In this document: in pieces, positions 19,219 through 30,777 of the stretch
How the letters are laid out: every line of letters begins with the position of its first letter
Position numbering within the stretch: the first letter of the stretch is position 1
Assembly: GCA_016867115.1 (NCBI GenBank)
Contig: VGKG01000002.1
Coordinates: forward strand, 6,449 to 70,448
Origin: Candidatus Omnitrophota bacterium
Lineage (GTDB): Bacteria; Omnitrophota; Gorgyraeia; Gygaellales; Profunditerraquicolaceae
DNA length: 64,000 nt
Direction of reading: 5' to 3'
Translations under genes and position numbers: made by a program
The notes under the pieces: model-generated
What the model was told of the DNA's origin: nothing
What the model saw: only the letters and a program-made list of their open reading frames with translations
The model's database searches: none

Positions 19219-20520
19219 GTGAATATAGCGATAATCGGTTCAGGTTACGTAGGCCTGGTCACCGGAGCATGTCTTGCGGAGCTGGGCAACAGAGTAGTCT
19301 GCTGCGATAGCGACGCCAAAAAGATATCCGGGTTAAAAAAGGGGGTCGTCCCCATATTTGAACCCGGTCTAGAGGAATTGATCGCCAATAACGTAAAGCG
19401 CAAGCGCCTGTCCTTTACCCGGAATATTAAAGAGGCGCTGAAGGGTGCGGCGGTGATCTTTATCGCTGTCGGCACCCCTCCTTTAGAAAACGGAGAGGCG
19501 GACCTAAGCGGCATAGAGAATGTCTGCCGCAGCATCGCCGCGAATATGCGGGGATACCGTCTGATCGTAGAGAAGTCCACTGTCCCGGTTGAGACCTGCG
19601 AACGGGTCAAGGATACCATCTCCATTTATGTAAAGCAGAAGGCCAGGTTTGACGTGGCATCGAACCCGGAGTTTTTAAGGGAAGGGTCGGCGATAAACGA
19701 TTTTATGCATCCGGACAGGATCGTAATCGGAGTGGAGTCAAAGAAGGCAAGAGATATCTTGTCCGACCTTTACAAGCCCCTGAATGCGCCGATCGTCGTC
19801 ACCAATATCAAATCAGCGGAACTGATCAAGCATGCCTCGAATGCGTTTCTTGCGACCAAGATATCGTTCATTAACGCCATCTCGCGTATCTGCGATATTG
19901 TGGGGGCGGACGTCCTCGAGGTCGCAAGCGGCATGGGGTTGGACAAAAGGATCGGCCGGGCTTTTCTGGATGCCGGGTTGGGTTACGGCGGTTCATGCTT
20001 CCCCAAGGATCTGGATGCCTTCCTGACCATTTCCAGGAAACTAGGCTATGATTTTGAACTTCTGAAGGCGGTCAAAGATATAAACGAAAGCCAGCAGGAG
20101 GTCTTGTTGCAGAAGGTGAAGGACCTGCTCTGGGTCGTCAAGGATAAGACTATCGGTGTGCTCGGTCTGTCTTTTAAGCCGGACACCGACGATATCCGCA
20201 ATGCCCCGTCTTTGGGCCTGATCCGCGCCCTCCAAAGAGAGGGGGCCAGGATAAGGGCCTATGACCCTCAGGCGCTGGAGAAGGCAAAAGATTGCCTGAG
20301 GGGCGTAGTCTTCTGCAAGGATTCATATGAGGTGTGCCGCGGCTCAGACTGCCTCTTAGTGGTGACGGAATGGAACGAGTTCAAAGAGCTGGACTTTTCG
20401 CGGGTGAAAAAACTGCTGAAGCGGCCACTGGTGATCGATGGGCGCAATATCTACGACCCGAAAGCCATGAAGTCCCTCGGTTTCACTTACGCCGGAATAG
20501 GCAGGTCCATACGCTTATGA
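19219..20520 (+). CDS. ugd: UDP-glucose 6-dehydrogenase
   Basis: GSGYVG, KSTVP, NPEFLREG, GYGGSCFPKD. Confidence 0.92.
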   Translation: MNIAIIGSGYVGLVTGACLAELGNRVVCCDSDAKKISGLKKGVVPIFEPGLEELIANNVKRKRLSFTRNIKEALKGAAVIFIAVGTPPLENGEADLSGIENVCRSIAANMRGYRLIVEKSTVPVETCERVKDTISIYVKQKARFDVASNPEFLREGSAINDFMHPDRIVIGVESKKARDILSDLYKPLNAPIVVTNIKSAELIKHASNAFLATKISFINAISRICDIVGADVLEVASGMGLDKRIGRAFLDAGLGYGGSCFPKDLDAFLTISRKLGYDFELLKAVKDINESQQEVLLQKVKDLLWVVKDKTIGVLGLSFKPDTDDIRNAPSLGLIRALQREGARIRAYDPQALEKAKDCLRGVVFCKDSYEVCRGSDCLLVVTEWNEFKELDFSRVKKLLKRPLVIDGRNIYDPKAMKSLGFTYAGIGRSIRL

Positions 20521-21827
20521 AAGAAGCATTCAGGGAATTGCAGGATAAGATCCGCAGCAAAGAAGCGAAGGTTGCGGTGGTCGGCCTGGGTTATGTCGGA
20601 TTGCCGCTTGCGCTTGCTTTTGTAAAAGCGGGGTTTTGTGTCTCAGGGATAGAAGTAGACAAGGACAGATTGGCGCATATCAGGCAAAAATGCTCTTACA
20701 TCAGCGATATCACGGATACGGAACTGAAGAAGGCGCATGCTACCGGCAGGTTTACGGCTTCCGGAGATTTCCAGGCCCTGAAAGGATCTTCCGTTGTATT
20801 GATCTGTGTTCCCACGCCCCTAAAGAGGAAATACCAGCCGAATATTTCCTATATCAAGCAGGCGGTGAAGTCTATCGCCGGCAATTTAAAAAGGGTGAGC
20901 CTCGTGATCCTGGAGAGCACGACTTATCCCGGCACTACCGAAGAAGTGATCCTGCCTTTATTTGAATCATGCGGCCTGCGGCACGGCGAAGATTTTTACC
21001 TGGGCTTTTCTCCGGAGAGGATCGACCCCGGGAACAAGGCTTATTCGCTTGCCAGAATCCCCAAGATCATAGGGGGGATTGATAAGGAGGCTACGCAGCT
21101 TTGCAGCTTGGCGTATCAGAAGATAATACGCAAGGTGGTCCCGGTCTCTTCGGCGCGCGCCGCTGAGACCGCAAAGCTGCTGGAGAATACCTTCCGGCTG
21201 GTGAACATCGGCCTGATCGACGAACTGGCCATGATGTGCCATAAGATGAAGATCGATATCTGGGAAGTGATCGAAGCGGCAGGGACCAAGCCTTTCGGTT
21301 TTATGCCTTTTTTCCCGGGCCCCGGCGTCGGCGGCCACTGTATCCCCAAGGACCCGCTTTATCTCTACTGGAAGGCAAGGCACCACGGCTTTAAGTCGCG
21401 TTTTATAAAGTTAGCCGCGGAAATGATCAATTCCATGCCGGAATACGTGGTTGACCGCGTTGAGGAGGGCCTAGGGAAAAGATCCTTACGCCTGAAAGAT
21501 GCTAAGTGTCTGGTCATCGGCGTGACCTATAAAAAGGACATCAAGGACTTGCGCAAGTCTCCCAGTATAGATATTATAGACATCTTACAGAAAAGAGGGG
21601 CGCGGGTCTGCTATTTTGACCCCTTGATCCCGTATCTAAAGTTGAACCATATAAACTTAAGGTCTGTCGGATTAAAAAAAGAGCTCCTGAGGCAGACGGA
21701 TTGTGTTTTGATCGCGACGGATCACTCTGAAATCGATTATGGTTTATTACTGCGCCATTCCCCCTTTATTTTTGATTCGCGCAATGTCTATAAAGGGAGG
21801 GGCGGCGGAAAGGTGGACTTTTTATAA
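20517..21827 (+). CDS. Nucleotide-sugar (UDP-N-acetylhexosamine) dehydrogenase, WbpA/WecC family
   Basis: GLGYVGLP, ESTTYPGTT, SPERIDPG, GVGGHCIP; ATG 20517 overlaps ugd stop (ATGA). Confidence 0.9.
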   Translation: MKEAFRELQDKIRSKEAKVAVVGLGYVGLPLALAFVKAGFCVSGIEVDKDRLAHIRQKCSYISDITDTELKKAHATGRFTASGDFQALKGSSVVLICVPTPLKRKYQPNISYIKQAVKSIAGNLKRVSLVILESTTYPGTTEEVILPLFESCGLRHGEDFYLGFSPERIDPGNKAYSLARIPKIIGGIDKEATQLCSLAYQKIIRKVVPVSSARAAETAKLLENTFRLVNIGLIDELAMMCHKMKIDIWEVIEAAGTKPFGFMPFFPGPGVGGHCIPKDPLYLYWKARHHGFKSRFIKLAAEMINSMPEYVVDRVEEGLGKRSLRLKDAKCLVIGVTYKKDIKDLRKSPSIDIIDILQKRGARVCYFDPLIPYLKLNHINLRSVGLKKELLRQTDCVLIATDHSEIDYGLLLRHSPFIFDSRNVYKGRGGGKVDFL

Positions 21828-22759
21828 TGAGATATCTGGTCACCGGCGGCGCCGGGTTCATCGGTTCGCACATCACTGCGGCACTGGTCAGCAAGGGCCA
21901 CTTTGTGCGCGTCCTGGATAATTTTTCCAGCGGCAAAACGAAGAACCTGGAGGCCTGCGGCAAAAGAATCGACCTGCTGCGTGGGGATATCCGCTCTCCC
22001 GAGGTCTGCCTGAAGGCCTGTGAAGGCATGGACTTTGTCCTGCATCAGGCGGCCTTAAGAAGCGTGCCCCGCTCCATGGAAAACCCCGCAGAATACAATG
22101 AGGTCAATATCGGCGGTACCCTGAATATGCTGGAGGCGGCTTTAAAGAATAAGGTAAAAGGGTTTGTTTTTGCTTCTTCAAGCTCGGTCTACGGAGACGT
22201 AAAGAGCTTTCCGCAAAAAGAGGATTTTACGCCCCGGCCGATTTCGCCCTATGCCCTGACAAAGCTTACCGGAGAGCACTATTGCCGGTTCTTTAGCTCG
22301 CGTTACGGCCTCTCGACTGTGTGCTTGAGGTATTTCAATGTCTTTGGACCGCGCCAGGCCCTCGATGATGAATATGCCGTAGTCATCCCTAAGTTTATCC
22401 ACTGCCTCCTTAATGATGAGCATGCTCCCATTTACGGGACGGGTAAGCAGTCACGCGATTTTACCTATATTGATAATGTCGCGGAGGCCAATCTTCTCGC
22501 CGCAAAAAAAGGGGGCAGGGGTGAGGTCTTTAATATCGCATCCGGCAGGCCCTATACTATTATAGACCTGCTAAAGTTCCTGCAGAAGATTATGGGAAAA
22601 AACATCAAGCCGGTATTCCTGCCTAAGCGCGCGGGAGACGTATTTAAGACGCATGCGTCACTGGCGCAGGCCCAGAGAAAGCTCGGTTTCCGGCCGAAGG
22701 TCGATTTTATCGCCGGACTCAGAATGACCGTAGAGTATTTTGAAAGATCGACAGGATAA
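21827..22759 (+). CDS. NAD-dependent nucleotide-sugar epimerase (WbpP-like SDR)
   Basis: [35 protein letters not shown]. Confidence 0.9.
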   Translation: MRYLVTGGAGFIGSHITAALVSKGHFVRVLDNFSSGKTKNLEACGKRIDLLRGDIRSPEVCLKACEGMDFVLHQAALRSVPRSMENPAEYNEVNIGGTLNMLEAALKNKVKGFVFASSSSVYGDVKSFPQKEDFTPRPISPYALTKLTGEHYCRFFSSRYGLSTVCLRYFNVFGPRQALDDEYAVVIPKFIHCLLNDEHAPIYGTGKQSRDFTYIDNVAEANLLAAKKGGRGEVFNIASGRPYTIIDLLKFLQKIMGKNIKPVFLPKRAGDVFKTHASLAQAQRKLGFRPKVDFIAGLRMTVEYFERSTG

Positions 22760-22763
22760 TGCC

Positions 22764-23702
22764 ATGAAAAAGACAGCAGTAGTCACCGGCGGCGCCGGGT
22801 TCATCGGGTCGCATCTGTGTGACCGCCTTATAGGGGAGGGCTTCAAGGTGATCTGCCTGGATAACCTGATCACCGGCAGCCGTAGGAATATAGGGCATCT
22901 CTCAGGCGCAAAAGATTTTAAGTTTATCCGGCATGATGTCACGAAGTTCATCAAGATAAAAGAGAAGGTCGGATATGTCCTGCATTTCGCCTCGCCCGCC
23001 TCGCCCGAGGATTACCTGAAATATCCCATCCAGACCCTGAAGGTCGGATCTTTAGGCACGCACAATGCGCTGGGCCTGGCCAAGGCAAAGCGGGCAAGGT
23101 TTATTCTCGCCTCGACCTCCGAAGTCTACGGCGACCCGCTGGTGCATCCGCAGCCTGAGAGTTACTGGGGTAATGTCAATCCTGTGGGGCTGCGCGGATG
23201 TTACGATGAGTCAAAGCGCTTTGCCGAGGCGCTCACCATGGCTTATCGCCGAGCGCATAAGATGGATACCTGCATCCTGCGCATCTTTAATACCTACGGC
23301 CCGCGCATGAGGCTTAATGACGGCCGCGTGGTCCCTAATTTCATTTCACAGTCCCTCTCGGGCAAGCCGCTGACTGTTTACGGCAGAGGCACCCAGACCA
23401 GGAGTTTCTGCTATATTGATGATCTGATCGAGGGGATCTTCCGGTTGATGCAAAACGATTGCCCGGGCCCGATGAACCTGGGCAACCCGCATGAGTTTAC
23501 CATCCTGCAATTAGCGAAGATCGTGCTTAGGCTTACCGGAGCTAAGTCAAAACTCACCTTTAAGCCGCTCCCCCAAGATGACCCCCGTCAGCGCCGTCCG
23601 GATATTACGCTTGCCAGGAAGTCTCTTGACTGGCAGCCAAAGGTAGAGTTAGAAGAGGGCCTGAAAGAGGCTATTGACTGGTTTAGCCGGAATACGCCCT
23701 AA
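22764..23702 (+). CDS. UDP-glucuronate decarboxylase (UDP-xylose synthase) family
   Basis: [43 protein letters not shown]. Confidence 0.9.
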   Translation: MKKTAVVTGGAGFIGSHLCDRLIGEGFKVICLDNLITGSRRNIGHLSGAKDFKFIRHDVTKFIKIKEKVGYVLHFASPASPEDYLKYPIQTLKVGSLGTHNALGLAKAKRARFILASTSEVYGDPLVHPQPESYWGNVNPVGLRGCYDESKRFAEALTMAYRRAHKMDTCILRIFNTYGPRMRLNDGRVVPNFISQSLSGKPLTVYGRGTQTRSFCYIDDLIEGIFRLMQNDCPGPMNLGNPHEFTILQLAKIVLRLTGAKSKLTFKPLPQDDPRQRRPDITLARKSLDWQPKVELEEGLKEAIDWFSRNTP

Positions 23703-23741
23703 ATCAGGGACTTCTTGAAGGCAGCCTGCCGTTGAGAAATT

Positions 23742-23784
23742 TGAAAGCGCTTTCCTTGACAACCCCGCCTCTATATGTTATACT
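23742..23784 (+). promoter_or_regulatory. Sigma70 promoter with adjacent LacI/cre-like palindrome
   Basis: TGAAAGCGCTTTCC 23742-23755 abutting TTGACA 23756-23761, N17, TGnTATACT ending 23784. Confidence 0.7.
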
Positions 23785-23830
23785 TTGAACAATTTTCCTA
23801 ACCGCAGCTGACACAACCCTTTAATTTCCT

Positions 23831-24400
23831 ATGATCATAGATTTTTTCAGGCATATCAACTGGCTGGATATCTTTGTTGTAATTCTATTATTTAGAGTCT
23901 GTTACATTTCTACTAAAAGCCGGATCCTCGTCGAAATCCTCAAGTTCGCCTCGACTGTCTGCGCTATCTATTTGTCCCTGCATTACTATGCTGCTTTTGC
24001 GGATTTTCTGCACGGGGCGACTAATTTTCCCAGCGAATCCCTGTATTTTATTTCTTTCTGTTTCCTGGCGGCCCTGGGATACATGCTTATCGTGGGCCTG
24101 CGGCTTTTGATCCTGCGTTTCGCAAAGGACCATGAGTTGACCGGTTTAGACAGATGGGGCTCGCCGGTAGTGGGCGCTTTCCGCGCTTTTCTGCTGGCCG
24201 GTCTTTTAATTTTTGCCCTCGGGCTCTGGAACGTTCCTTATTTAAAAGAGAGCATCAAAAGTTCTTTTTCCGGAAGAGGGCTTTTTAATGTCGCTCCGAA
24301 TACCTATAGCTTCATCTGGAACCATGCTGCATCTAAAATATTCCCGGCGTCCGCTTTTAACAGGCATATTCGGGAAGCGGAAGGGAACCTGGATCGTTAA
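23831..24400 (+). CDS. CvpA-family membrane protein
   Basis: INWLDIFVVI start, four TM segments, LDRWG..G..R motif. Confidence 0.8.
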   Translation: MIIDFFRHINWLDIFVVILLFRVCYISTKSRILVEILKFASTVCAIYLSLHYYAAFADFLHGATNFPSESLYFISFCFLAALGYMLIVGLRLLILRFAKDHELTGLDRWGSPVVGAFRAFLLAGLLIFALGLWNVPYLKESIKSSFSGRGLFNVAPNTYSFIWNHAASKIFPASAFNRHIREAEGNLDR

Positions 24401-24405
24401 ACCTT

Positions 24406-25272
24406 ATGAAATTATCCCGATTTTATGAACTGGCGATAAAATACGGAAGAGAACGCGACCCGCGTCCGCGTTTTAAGAAGGGTTATGCGGATTCGGCCAT
24501 ACTCTGCGGAGAGCCCGACCTTGAGGTCAAAAAGATCCTGGTAGGCATAGATATCGAGGCCCCGGAGATACTCTTAGCGGATAGGTTGCGTCAGGAATCA
24601 GGGCTGGACCTGGTGCTGGCTCATCATCCCGAAGGCAGGGCGCTTGCGCGTTTATCCGAGGTTATGGCCGTGCAGGCGGATATCTTAGCCAGGGCCGGTT
24701 TCAAGCGCAAGGCCGCCAAGGAGTTCCTGGAGGAGAGGATGCAGGAGGTAGAACGAAGGCTCCTGCCGCAGAACCATACCCGGCCGGTGGATGCGGCCAG
24801 GCTCCTGGATCTGGCATTCATGTGCTGCCATACGCCCGCGGATAACCATGCCTTCTGGTTTATCAGCAAATTGATGAAAGAAAAGAAGCCTAAGACCGTC
24901 CAGGATATCGTCTCGATACTGGAGGATGTCCCGGAGTACCGGCAGGCCGCAAAAGACTGCCTCGGACCGCGCATCATTTTGGGCAGCCCTAGAAGGCCGG
25001 CAGGAAAGATACTCGTCGAGATGACCGGCGGCACAGAAGGGTCGAAAGATATCTTTGAAAAACTGAGCTCAGCCGGGGTAAGGACGTTAGTCTCAATGCA
25101 CTTAAGCGACGAACACCTCAAGAGAGTAAAAGACGCCAACCTCAATGTGGTCATTGCCGGACACATCTCAAGCGATACATTAGGCCTTAATCTCCTTTTT
25201 GACCGGATCTCGCAAGAAGAAGAGCTCCAGTTCATCCCCTGCTCGGGCTTTAAGAGAATAATCAGGAATTAG
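24406..25272 (+). CDS. Nif3/YbgI-like dinuclear metal protein
   Basis: HHPEG, HTPADN, GHISSD; typical position near dnaG-rpoD. Confidence 0.8.
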   Translation: MKLSRFYELAIKYGRERDPRPRFKKGYADSAILCGEPDLEVKKILVGIDIEAPEILLADRLRQESGLDLVLAHHPEGRALARLSEVMAVQADILARAGFKRKAAKEFLEERMQEVERRLLPQNHTRPVDAARLLDLAFMCCHTPADNHAFWFISKLMKEKKPKTVQDIVSILEDVPEYRQAAKDCLGPRIILGSPRRPAGKILVEMTGGTEGSKDIFEKLSSAGVRTLVSMHLSDEHLKRVKDANLNVVIAGHISSDTLGLNLLFDRISQEEELQFIPCSGFKRIIRN

Positions 25273-25288
25273 ACAAGAGGGTTTAAGC

Positions 25289-27052
25289 ATGGCAGGACGT
25301 ATCCCGGAAAATCTATTGGAAGATATTTTAAGCCGCATTGATATCGTTGAGGTCATCTCCGGATATCTGCCCCTAAAGCGCGCAGGAAGGAACTTCAAGG
25401 CCTGCTGCCCGTTCCATCACGAGAAGACAGCGTCTTTCATGGTCTCGCCTGATCGCCAGATCTACCACTGTTTCGGCTGCGGCGAGTCCGGGAATGCCTT
25501 CAAGTTCCTGATGCGCTATGAGCGCATGGAGTTTCCGGAAGCGGTGGAGACGCTGGCAAGCAAAGCAGGAGTAATCCTGCCCAGGGCAAGCCCTCAAGAC
25601 AGCCAGGCAGCGAATCTCATCGCCCAGATTTACAGGGCGAATGAAGCTGCAGCGCTTTTCTACGCTAATAATTTAAGCCACGCTGCCGGCCATGAGGCGA
25701 GGAACTATCTTGTAAAGCGCGGCCTCACCGAGGACTCGATCAGGACTTTTAGGCTCGGCCTTGCGCTAGAAAAATGGGACGGCCTGATAAATCACCTGAG
25801 GCAATCTGCGATGAGCTTAGGCGTGATCGAGAAGGCGGGCCTGATCCTTCCCAGGGATGGCGGCGGTTTCTATGACCGTTTCCGCAACCGCATCATCTTT
25901 CCGATATCCGATATCCGCTCGCGGGTCCTCGGTTTCGGGGCCAGGGTCCTGGATAACGCGCTGCCTAAGTACATGAACTCTCCGGAGACCCCCATTTATA
26001 CCAAAGGCAACAACCTTTACGGCCTGTACCTGTCTAGAGACCATATCCGGGATACGGACCTTTGCGTAGTAGTGGAAGGGTATCTGGATTTTATGATTCC
26101 TTATCAGCATGGGTTGAAAAATATCGTGGCTTCGCAGGGCACCGCTCTCACCGCGGAACAGATCAGGTTACTGAAAAGATACACCCACAATGTGGTAATG
26201 GTCTATGACGGAGACGCGGCCGGGGAGTTGGCCACCTTAAGGAGCCTGGACCTGTTTATCGAAGAAGAGATGCATGTGCGGGTGGCGGGGCTGCCTGCCG
26301 GCTTTGATCCGGATACCTTTGTGCGGCAATTCGGTATCCGCAAGTTCAAAGATACCGTCGATAACGCAAAAGACCTTTTCGATTATAAGCTGGCAATACT
26401 CAAGTCAAGGCATGATCCCGCCTCTGTTCAGGGCAAGGCCCGGATATGCCAGGATATGCTTGAGACACTGGGAAAGTTCAAGAACGCAGTCCTGAAATCA
26501 GAGTATATCAAGAAGCTGGCTCAGGAAGTAGACGTGAGGGAAGAGTCGCTGCTTTCCGAGATAAAGAAGGTCAAGGCAGTCAGGCCTTATCAGGAGCTAA
26601 AAGAGCCGGCCGGCAAGAAGGCGGCCGCGATAAACCCTACGGAAAAATTACTGATCAGATTAATGCTGCAGGAATCAGGCCTGATCGGACGCATCAGAGA
26701 GCACCTTGAGCCTGCGGATTTCCAGGATGAGCGCATGACCCGGATCGCCTCGGTCCTTTTCGACCTGGATTCGCAGGGCAGGGCCGTCGAGCCGCGTTTT
26801 CTGGTCAACCATATTACCGACGAAGACTTCTCGGAGCTGGTCTGTGAATCTGCGGTCATGCAGGAGGACTTCAGCGCAGGGCACAAGGAAAAGGTGGTCG
26901 CGGACTGCATCCAGCGCCTGAAATCGGAGAGGCTTAAAATAAAAAAGCAGAAGCTGGCGGAGGAGATCAGGCGCGCCCAGCATCTAGGCGATGAGCCGAG
27001 GCTCAAAGAGTTGATGGAGGAATTCCACTATTTACTGAGGAAGAAAGGATAA
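25289..27052 (+). CDS. dnaG: DNA primase
   Basis: [16 protein letters not shown] zinc domain, [21 protein letters not shown] Toprim. Confidence 0.97.
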   Translation: MAGRIPENLLEDILSRIDIVEVISGYLPLKRAGRNFKACCPFHHEKTASFMVSPDRQIYHCFGCGESGNAFKFLMRYERMEFPEAVETLASKAGVILPRASPQDSQAANLIAQIYRANEAAALFYANNLSHAAGHEARNYLVKRGLTEDSIRTFRLGLALEKWDGLINHLRQSAMSLGVIEKAGLILPRDGGGFYDRFRNRIIFPISDIRSRVLGFGARVLDNALPKYMNSPETPIYTKGNNLYGLYLSRDHIRDTDLCVVVEGYLDFMIPYQHGLKNIVASQGTALTAEQIRLLKRYTHNVVMVYDGDAAGELATLRSLDLFIEEEMHVRVAGLPAGFDPDTFVRQFGIRKFKDTVDNAKDLFDYKLAILKSRHDPASVQGKARICQDMLETLGKFKNAVLKSEYIKKLAQEVDVREESLLSEIKKVKAVRPYQELKEPAGKKAAAINPTEKLLIRLMLQESGLIGRIREHLEPADFQDERMTRIASVLFDLDSQGRAVEPRFLVNHITDEDFSELVCESAVMQEDFSAGHKEKVVADCIQRLKSERLKIKKQKLAEEIRRAQHLGDEPRLKELMEEFHYLLRKKG

Positions 27053-27056
27053 AAGG

Positions 27057-28580
27057 ATGAAGAAGAAAGAATACCTGACCAAGGATATGGAAAAGATCAT
27101 CGCCCTCGGGAAACAGAAGGGTTTTCTCACTTATGATGAAGTGAATGACCTCCTGCCTCAGGATGTATCTAACTCCGAGGATATCGACAAGCTCTTTGAG
27201 ATGCTGGGCAATGAGGATATCCAGATAGTGGAGACGGAGGAAGAAAGGGTCGTGGAGAAGCCCCAGGCTTTGTCTAAGGAAGACATCCTGGCCGAGCAGT
27301 CCAGGAACGAAGAGAGATTCCTTCCTCTGGATGACCCGGTAAAGATGTACCTGAAGCAGATGGGTTCGATATCGCTCCTCTCCCGGGAACATGAGATAGA
27401 GCTGGCTAAAAAGATCGAAGAGGCGGAGGAGAGGTTTAAGCGGGCAAGCCTTTCCGCCCGGTTTGTGCGCAGCGAAGCCATTGCGGTTGCCGGCGATATC
27501 ATAGATGGAAAGGTTAATCTTGAAGAGGTGGTCAAGGAGGATATCAAGGTAAAGAAGGGCAATTGTCTCAACCGGATCCGCAGGATAACCAACCGCCTCA
27601 AGACCACCCGCAGCAATACCGGCGCGATCAATCTCATCCTGCAATACAATTTCACCACTTCAGTCATAGAGACCGCGGTGCGCAGGCTCACCCGCCTGGT
27701 CAAGGAGCTGGAGAAGGCCAAGGGCAAGGGCAGCATGGCCCGTAAGCGCAAAATCCTGCGGCAGCTGGCAGAACCGTACTTAGGCATCAAAGAGCGGATG
27801 AAACTGATCAAGTCCACGCACCTTAAGTTCAACCGCACGAAAAAGAAGCTGGTTGAGGCGAATCTGCGCCTGGTAGTGAGCATCGCCAAAAAATACACCA
27901 ACCGCGGCCTCTCCTTCCTGGACCTTATTCAGGAGGGCAATATCGGCCTGATGCGCGCCGTGGAGAAGTTCGAGTATAAGAGAGGATATAAGTTCTCCAC
28001 CTATGCCACCTGGTGGATAAGGCAGGCAATCACCCGTTCTATCGCGGACCAGGCCCGTACTATCAGGATCCCGGTGCATATGACCGAGACGATCAATAAG
28101 ATCATTCGCTTCTCGCGCATCTTTGTGCAGGAGAACGGTCGGGAACCCATGCCTGAAGAGATCGCTGCCAAGATGCGCCTCCCTCAGGATAAGGTAAAGG
28201 CGATCCTGAAGATCGCCCAGGAGCCGATCTCCCTGCAGATGCCTATCGGCGATGAAGGGGATACGCACTTCGGGGATTTTATCCAGGATAAAAAAGCGGT
28301 CTCGCCCGCGAATGAGACGGTGCGTTCAATGCTCAAGGAAGAGATGAACTCCGCCCTGAGCACCCTTACCGAACGCGAAAAGAAAATACTGGTCCTGCGT
28401 TTCGGTATCCAGGACGGCTGTTCCCGGACACTGGAAGAGGTGGGCAATATTTTCAAGGTCACCCGGGAAAGGGTGCGCCAGATAGAGGCTAAAGCCCTGA
28501 AGAAGTTGCGCCATCCGACGCGCTCAAGGCGCTTGAGGTCATTTTTAGACATGACGCTGGCGCATCAGAGGGAATGTTAA
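27057..28580 (+). CDS. rpoD: Primary sigma factor sigma70
   Basis: [44 protein letters not shown]. Confidence 0.97.
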   Translation: MKKKEYLTKDMEKIIALGKQKGFLTYDEVNDLLPQDVSNSEDIDKLFEMLGNEDIQIVETEEERVVEKPQALSKEDILAEQSRNEERFLPLDDPVKMYLKQMGSISLLSREHEIELAKKIEEAEERFKRASLSARFVRSEAIAVAGDIIDGKVNLEEVVKEDIKVKKGNCLNRIRRITNRLKTTRSNTGAINLILQYNFTTSVIETAVRRLTRLVKELEKAKGKGSMARKRKILRQLAEPYLGIKERMKLIKSTHLKFNRTKKKLVEANLRLVVSIAKKYTNRGLSFLDLIQEGNIGLMRAVEKFEYKRGYKFSTYATWWIRQAITRSIADQARTIRIPVHMTETINKIIRFSRIFVQENGREPMPEEIAAKMRLPQDKVKAILKIAQEPISLQMPIGDEGDTHFGDFIQDKKAVSPANETVRSMLKEEMNSALSTLTEREKKILVLRFGIQDGCSRTLEEVGNIFKVTRERVRQIEAKALKKLRHPTRSRRLRSFLDMTLAHQREC

Positions 28581-28584
28581 GCGG

Positions 28585-30777
28585 ATGAACGAAGATAGCA
28601 ATAATATAGAACGCCTGAATAAAGAGCTGCAGGCGCTGGAGGCCCGCCTGAAAGAGCTGCAGACCCGGGAGGCGGAGTTTAAGCTTGCCGAAGGGCGGCT
28701 CAAAGAGGCATCCGCGGAGCTGGAGATAAGGGTAAAGGTCAGGACCGCAGAACTTACCAAGGCTAATGAAGAACTGCGCAGGGAGATCATCGAGCGTAAG
28801 CGCGCCGAAGAGATGCTTACCCAGAGCGAAAAGCGCTACCGCGCGATCGTCGAGGATCAGACGGAACTGATCTGCCGTTTCCTCCCCGGCGGAATCCTTA
28901 CCTTTATCAACGGCGCTTACTGCCGTTATTTCAATAAGGGGCCTGAAGAATTGATCGGAAAGAGTTTCATGCCCCTGATCTCCGAAGACGACCGCGAGGC
29001 TGTAGAAAAGAACCTCTCGCTGCTTGGCCCCCAGAATCCCGTGGTCAGCCACGAGGAGCGGGTAATCGCGGCGGACGGCTCCATTCGCTGGCAGCAGTGG
29101 ACTAACCGCGCGATCGTCAATAACGAGGGAAAGGTCGTTGAATACCAGGCGGTAGGCAGGGATATTACCGAGCGCAAAATAATCGAGGAGGCATTGAGGG
29201 AATCCGAAGATAAATACCGCCGGCTCTTTGACACGGCAAACGACGCCATCTTTATTGCGGATCCGGAGACCGCTATTATTGTCGATGCCAACAAAAGGGC
29301 CTCCGAGTTGATCGGCATCCCCCAAAATGAGATCATCGGCATGCACCAGAGCCAGCTCCACCCTCCGGATGAAGCAGAGTTTCACCGCAGGTTGTTCCAG
29401 AAACATGTTAAGGCAGGCGGGGCTTTTTTAGAAGAGGCGCGCCTGATTACCCGCGACGGCCTCAAGATCCAGGTCGAGATCAGCGCCAGCCGCGTGCAGA
29501 TCGGCGGAAGGGACCTGCTCCTGGGGATATTCCGCGACATTACGGAAAGAAAATCGACCCAGGAGGCCCTTGAGGTGCTGAATAAGGAGCTTTTAAGGTC
29601 CAACGAAAAGCTGAAACAATTGTCGCTCAAAGACCCTCTTACCGAACTCTACAGCCACAGTTATTTACAGGAGATCATTGAGGCCGAGCTTCACCGCGCC
29701 CGTCGCCACGCGCATTCATTGTCGGTGATCATGGTGGATATAGATTATTTTAAATCTATAAACGACGTCTACGGGCATCAATTCGGCGACCTGATCCTGA
29801 AGCAGTTTTCCAGGCAGCTGAAACGCATGGTGCGCAGGTATGATATCGTCGTGCGTTTCGGCGGCGAAGAGTTTGTGGTGATCTCGCCCGATATTGACCG
29901 TCAGGAGGCCCTGGCTCAGGCGCAGAGGATCCTGCAGGCGTTAAACCTGTACAATTTCGGGGATAAGAAACATGCGGTCAAGCTGAAGTTGAGCCTCGCG
30001 TTAGCTTCCTACCCCGAAGATAAAGTCGCCAAGGGTATTGACCTGATCAGCCTTACGGATAAGATCCTGAATAAGGTCAAGGAATCAGGAGGAAACCGCG
30101 TCTTCTCAAGCCTGGATATCAAGACAAAGAAGAAGACAGCCGCAAAACCCGGCCAATTGAAAGACGTCAAAGTCCTCAGGTCTCGGATAGAAAAGCTCAC
30201 CAAAAAAGCAAACGAAAGCCTGATGGAGGCGATCTTTGCTTTTGCCAAGACCATCGAGCTTAAAGACCATTATACGGGAAACCACGTCGAGAATACCATG
30301 CGATTCGCAGCCGAGATCGCCAAAGAGCTTGAGCTGCCGAAAGATGAGATCGAACTGGTGAGGGAGGCTGCGATCCTGCATGACCTGGGGAAGATCGGCA
30401 TCAGCGAAAAGATCCTGCTCAAGAGATCCAGGCTCACCAGGCAGGAGTTCGAGGAGATCAAAAAGCACCCCCAGATAGGCGCGGATATTATCCGGCCGAT
30501 CCAGTTCCTGCACGACCTGATCCCTTATATCCTTTATCACCATGAGCGCTGGGACGGAAAAGGATACCCAAGCGGCATAAGGGGAGAGGAGATACCCGTC
30601 GGGGCCAGGATCATCGCCATCGCTGACGTATATCAGGCCCTGACCAGTGACCGGCCGTACCGCAAGGCCTTTTCAAAGCGCGAGGCGCTTAAGATCATCA
30701 AAGATGGTTCCGGCTCGCAGTTTGATCCGCGCATTGCGGATATATTCCTGAATATCTTAGGGAAGGAGAAGAGCTGA
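28585..30777 (+). CDS. PAS-PAS-GGDEF-HD-GYP c-di-GMP protein
   Basis: Two PAS/PAC ending RDITERK, RRYD...RFGGEEF, HDLGK, HHERWDGKGYP. Confidence 0.92.
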   Translation: MNEDSNNIERLNKELQALEARLKELQTREAEFKLAEGRLKEASAELEIRVKVRTAELTKANEELRREIIERKRAEEMLTQSEKRYRAIVEDQTELICRFLPGGILTFINGAYCRYFNKGPEELIGKSFMPLISEDDREAVEKNLSLLGPQNPVVSHEERVIAADGSIRWQQWTNRAIVNNEGKVVEYQAVGRDITERKIIEEALRESEDKYRRLFDTANDAIFIADPETAIIVDANKRASELIGIPQNEIIGMHQSQLHPPDEAEFHRRLFQKHVKAGGAFLEEARLITRDGLKIQVEISASRVQIGGRDLLLGIFRDITERKSTQEALEVLNKELLRSNEKLKQLSLKDPLTELYSHSYLQEIIEAELHRARRHAHSLSVIMVDIDYFKSINDVYGHQFGDLILKQFSRQLKRMVRRYDIVVRFGGEEFVVISPDIDRQEALAQAQRILQALNLYNFGDKKHAVKLKLSLALASYPEDKVAKGIDLISLTDKILNKVKESGGNRVFSSLDIKTKKKTAAKPGQLKDVKVLRSRIEKLTKKANESLMEAIFAFAKTIELKDHYTGNHVENTMRFAAEIAKELELPKDEIELVREAAILHDLGKIGISEKILLKRSRLTRQEFEEIKKHPQIGADIIRPIQFLHDLIPYILYHHERWDGKGYPSGIRGEEIPVGARIIAIADVYQALTSDRPYRKAFSKREALKIIKDGSGSQFDPRIADIFLNILGKEKS

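Noticed and set aside
20334-20516. N-terminal extension of the second sugar dehydrogenase in the ORF track
   Set aside because: Overlaps ugd; ATG 20517 (ATGA coupling) gives the normal family length
28489-29406. 305-aa minus-strand ORF
   Set aside because: Antisense shadow of the PAS domains
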